Assembly: GCA_965112155.1 (NCBI GenBank)
Contig: OZ218109.1
Source: Podarcis liolepis
Lineage: Eukaryota
Length of the DNA: 64,000 bases
Reading direction: 5' to 3' (one strand)
Both the position numbers and the translations under genes were made by a program. The notes beneath the pieces are model-generated. The model saw only the letters and a list, made by a program, of their open reading frames with translations, had not been told where the DNA came from and made no database searches. This document shows positions 61,766 to 64,000 of the stretch, one piece after another (within the stretch, counting starts at the first letter, position 1; each line of letters opens with the position of its first letter).

Positions 61766-64000
61766 TAAAACTAACCCTAGTTGTTCCAGAACTGAAATTG
61801 GGCGAAGGAAGCAGGAGCAGCCTAACATTAGGCAAAGTGAGTCAGCTGCTTCAGGCAGCAGATACTGGGGAGTGGGCAAGGATAGAGGTGCTGAAGAACA
61901 ACTTTGTATTCTACACAGCCTGGCCTGCACTCCCCAGGCTTGCATGCTGCCCCCCAGGTACAGTGGAAGATACTCTCCAATTAACTGGGTTGAAGTAAGA
62001 TTCAACTACCAGTTGAGTTAAGATCCAGAAATAGAAATTGGAGGCGGAGCACACGATCTGGTTTGCCTCAGATAGCAAGACGTATTGGGCCAGCCCTGGA
62101 GGGGCTTTGTTTCCTCCTCTCTGGTAGGTCTGCTGCTGCAATGTGATGAGCCATAGAGGAAGTATCAGTCTCCAGCCTACAGCATTAGTCTTTTATTTGC
62201 ACTTTTATTTGAAGAGGTTCTGATTAGTGACCTACAAAGACAGTGGAACATGATAGACTTACCAAGTTCCTAAAAGAGTTTACCATTTGAGAACCTTACC
62301 CATAAAAAGCAATTTCCGCACAAAATTATTGCTACTATTTTTATTTCATTTATATACTGCTCATATGACAAAATTGCTCCGAAGCGGTTTGCAACTATAA
62401 AATCAATGCATAATTAAAATACACACAGTAACAAATCCATTGGGGCATTACAATAATTAAGCAGTTCACTTATTTCAAACATGTATGAAATAAGTGGGGT
62501 TACAAATAAAATAGCATGAATAAAACGGAAAACTAACTGCTGTGTGCATTGTTTGAGCCCATGTATCCCATAACCCAAAATCCACAGTAAAAAATGAACA
62601 CAATTGTGTACTGCCATTTACCAGTGCACTGCTGTGTCTTCCGCTTCTGTAACAAAATATTACATGTTCCTTTTTACTACATGGCTCCCTTTTTCAAGCT
62701 GTGCCCTAAGATTAGTTTCAGCATACAGAACGATGATATGTTCCATTTTCTCTAAGTTTTTTCCCTATGCCCTCCTGCTTCTTTAGCCTACTATTTTATT
62801 TCAGTGAGGAAACTCTTCAGTGTGATTCTTGGATATTTGCAGCCCCTGTGTCATGTGTGCTGCAAATTGCTAATGCCTCTGTTAGCTGTCAGAATGTCTG
62901 CAGAATTGTATGTGATTGGCTTTCTTCTCTTGTTTTCACAACTAACAGGTCAACATATAGATGTGACTTTCCGCAGGCTGCCTTCCCAGACTCCCTAGAG
63001 AAGGAGCATTCGCTCTCCTTCCCATTCCCCATTTTCAGAGCTTAAGAACAACAAATCAAACGAGGTTCACATGTTTTAATAGATGACTTGCTCAAAAAGA
63101 AGAAGAAAGCATCTCTTTTCTATGTTAGATATTTATCTATGCACCAAAGATAAGGCCTTTCTTGTGGCTGATTTTAGCACCCATCAAAACAAACTAAATT
63201 GTCATTGTTTCTAATATTTCCCAGCAGCAATACTTTCATTTTAACCCTCAACACAAGCTGAGGGCTACAATAATAATTATGGGGGAGCTACCCATCCTCC
63301 ATCATAGAGGGCAACTGCTCAGATAAACAGGAATGCTATTTACACAGGATTACATGGGAAGAGGATTAGCATGCAGGACACAAAGTCAATCTTGATAACA
63401 AGATGTTTTGAATAACCAAGCTGCAGATAATAGGGAATTCTACCGTCTACTGTTAATAGTTCCTTCCAGTTTCCATCAGGCTGCTTTATTTAAGCTCTCC
63501 TGTCACTTCGGCATAATATCTGCCAGCTTTATGCGATACGTAATAGAGAAGGCTTCTGCGCAATTTGTCGGCAGTCTTGAGTTACCACTCAGCATAAAAT
63601 TATCCTAATTCGAAATACTGACCTTTGCATAGCATGGCTTTGCATTCATTTGGGAAAGCGAGGGGAAAGTGTATGCCCTGCTTGAGCCCACTTATTTTGT
63701 TGATGGGTGAGCAGCCTTGTGCTCACCCTGAGAAAAGAAAAAAGCATTTGCCCCCCTTGAATAGTAAAATGGAACATGTGTAATATGTGTATTGATGGGG
63801 GCTCTGCAGGAGTCTCTCCAAGTCTTTGATGTAACGCCTGAAAGCCAAAATGCCAACCTCAGGTTGTGCCAGAGTTGTAGACAGCAGCAGTCAGAGAAGT
63901 CAGCAAGTAGGGAGCCCAGCTTATGCTCAGGAATGAGAGCTAGGAAGTGTGCATTATTGCTCAGGCAAACAAAAACCTCCTTGGATAACCCAGTGGCCAG

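Noticed and set aside
57919-64000. Search for PTPRN2 exon 3 (DGVFGRC-like)
   Set aside because: No matching coding segment with splice sites seen; it probably lies beyond the window.

Overview
Eukaryotic genomic DNA from a squamate reptile, most likely a lacertid lizard (Sauria/POM-type SINEs, BovB, L2, CR1). The whole window lies inside one minus-strand gene, PTPRN2 (phogrin/IA-2beta). I found eight coding exons, equivalent to human exons 4-11: 57801-57918, 55775-55937, 44782-45235, 35247-35492, 32814-32854, 30199-30590, 17125-17211 and 682-761. All have GT-AG boundaries and compatible phases, and they splice into one open frame covering the RESP18-like region, the pro-domain, the KK|SE processing site and part of the SEA-like ectodomain. 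The rest is intron rich in transposable elements: BovB, L2, CR1, L1-like and Penelope-like fragments, SINEs, hAT and Tc1/mariner MITEs, and solo LTRs. Most listed ORFs are TE remnants or chance. The most unusual signal is in four diverged solo LTRs. Each carries a decayed reading frame with the same layout (acidic region, SPRxR, basic tail), and three differ mainly at synonymous positions in the motif, suggesting an LTR-encoded peptide. Other points: a BovB/hAT/BovB nest, same-family MITEs flanking symmetric exon 10, a fused inverted SINE pair, and a deleted LTR element duplicating an octamer plus CTCF-like module. Human exon sizes and family names are from memory; no searches were run.
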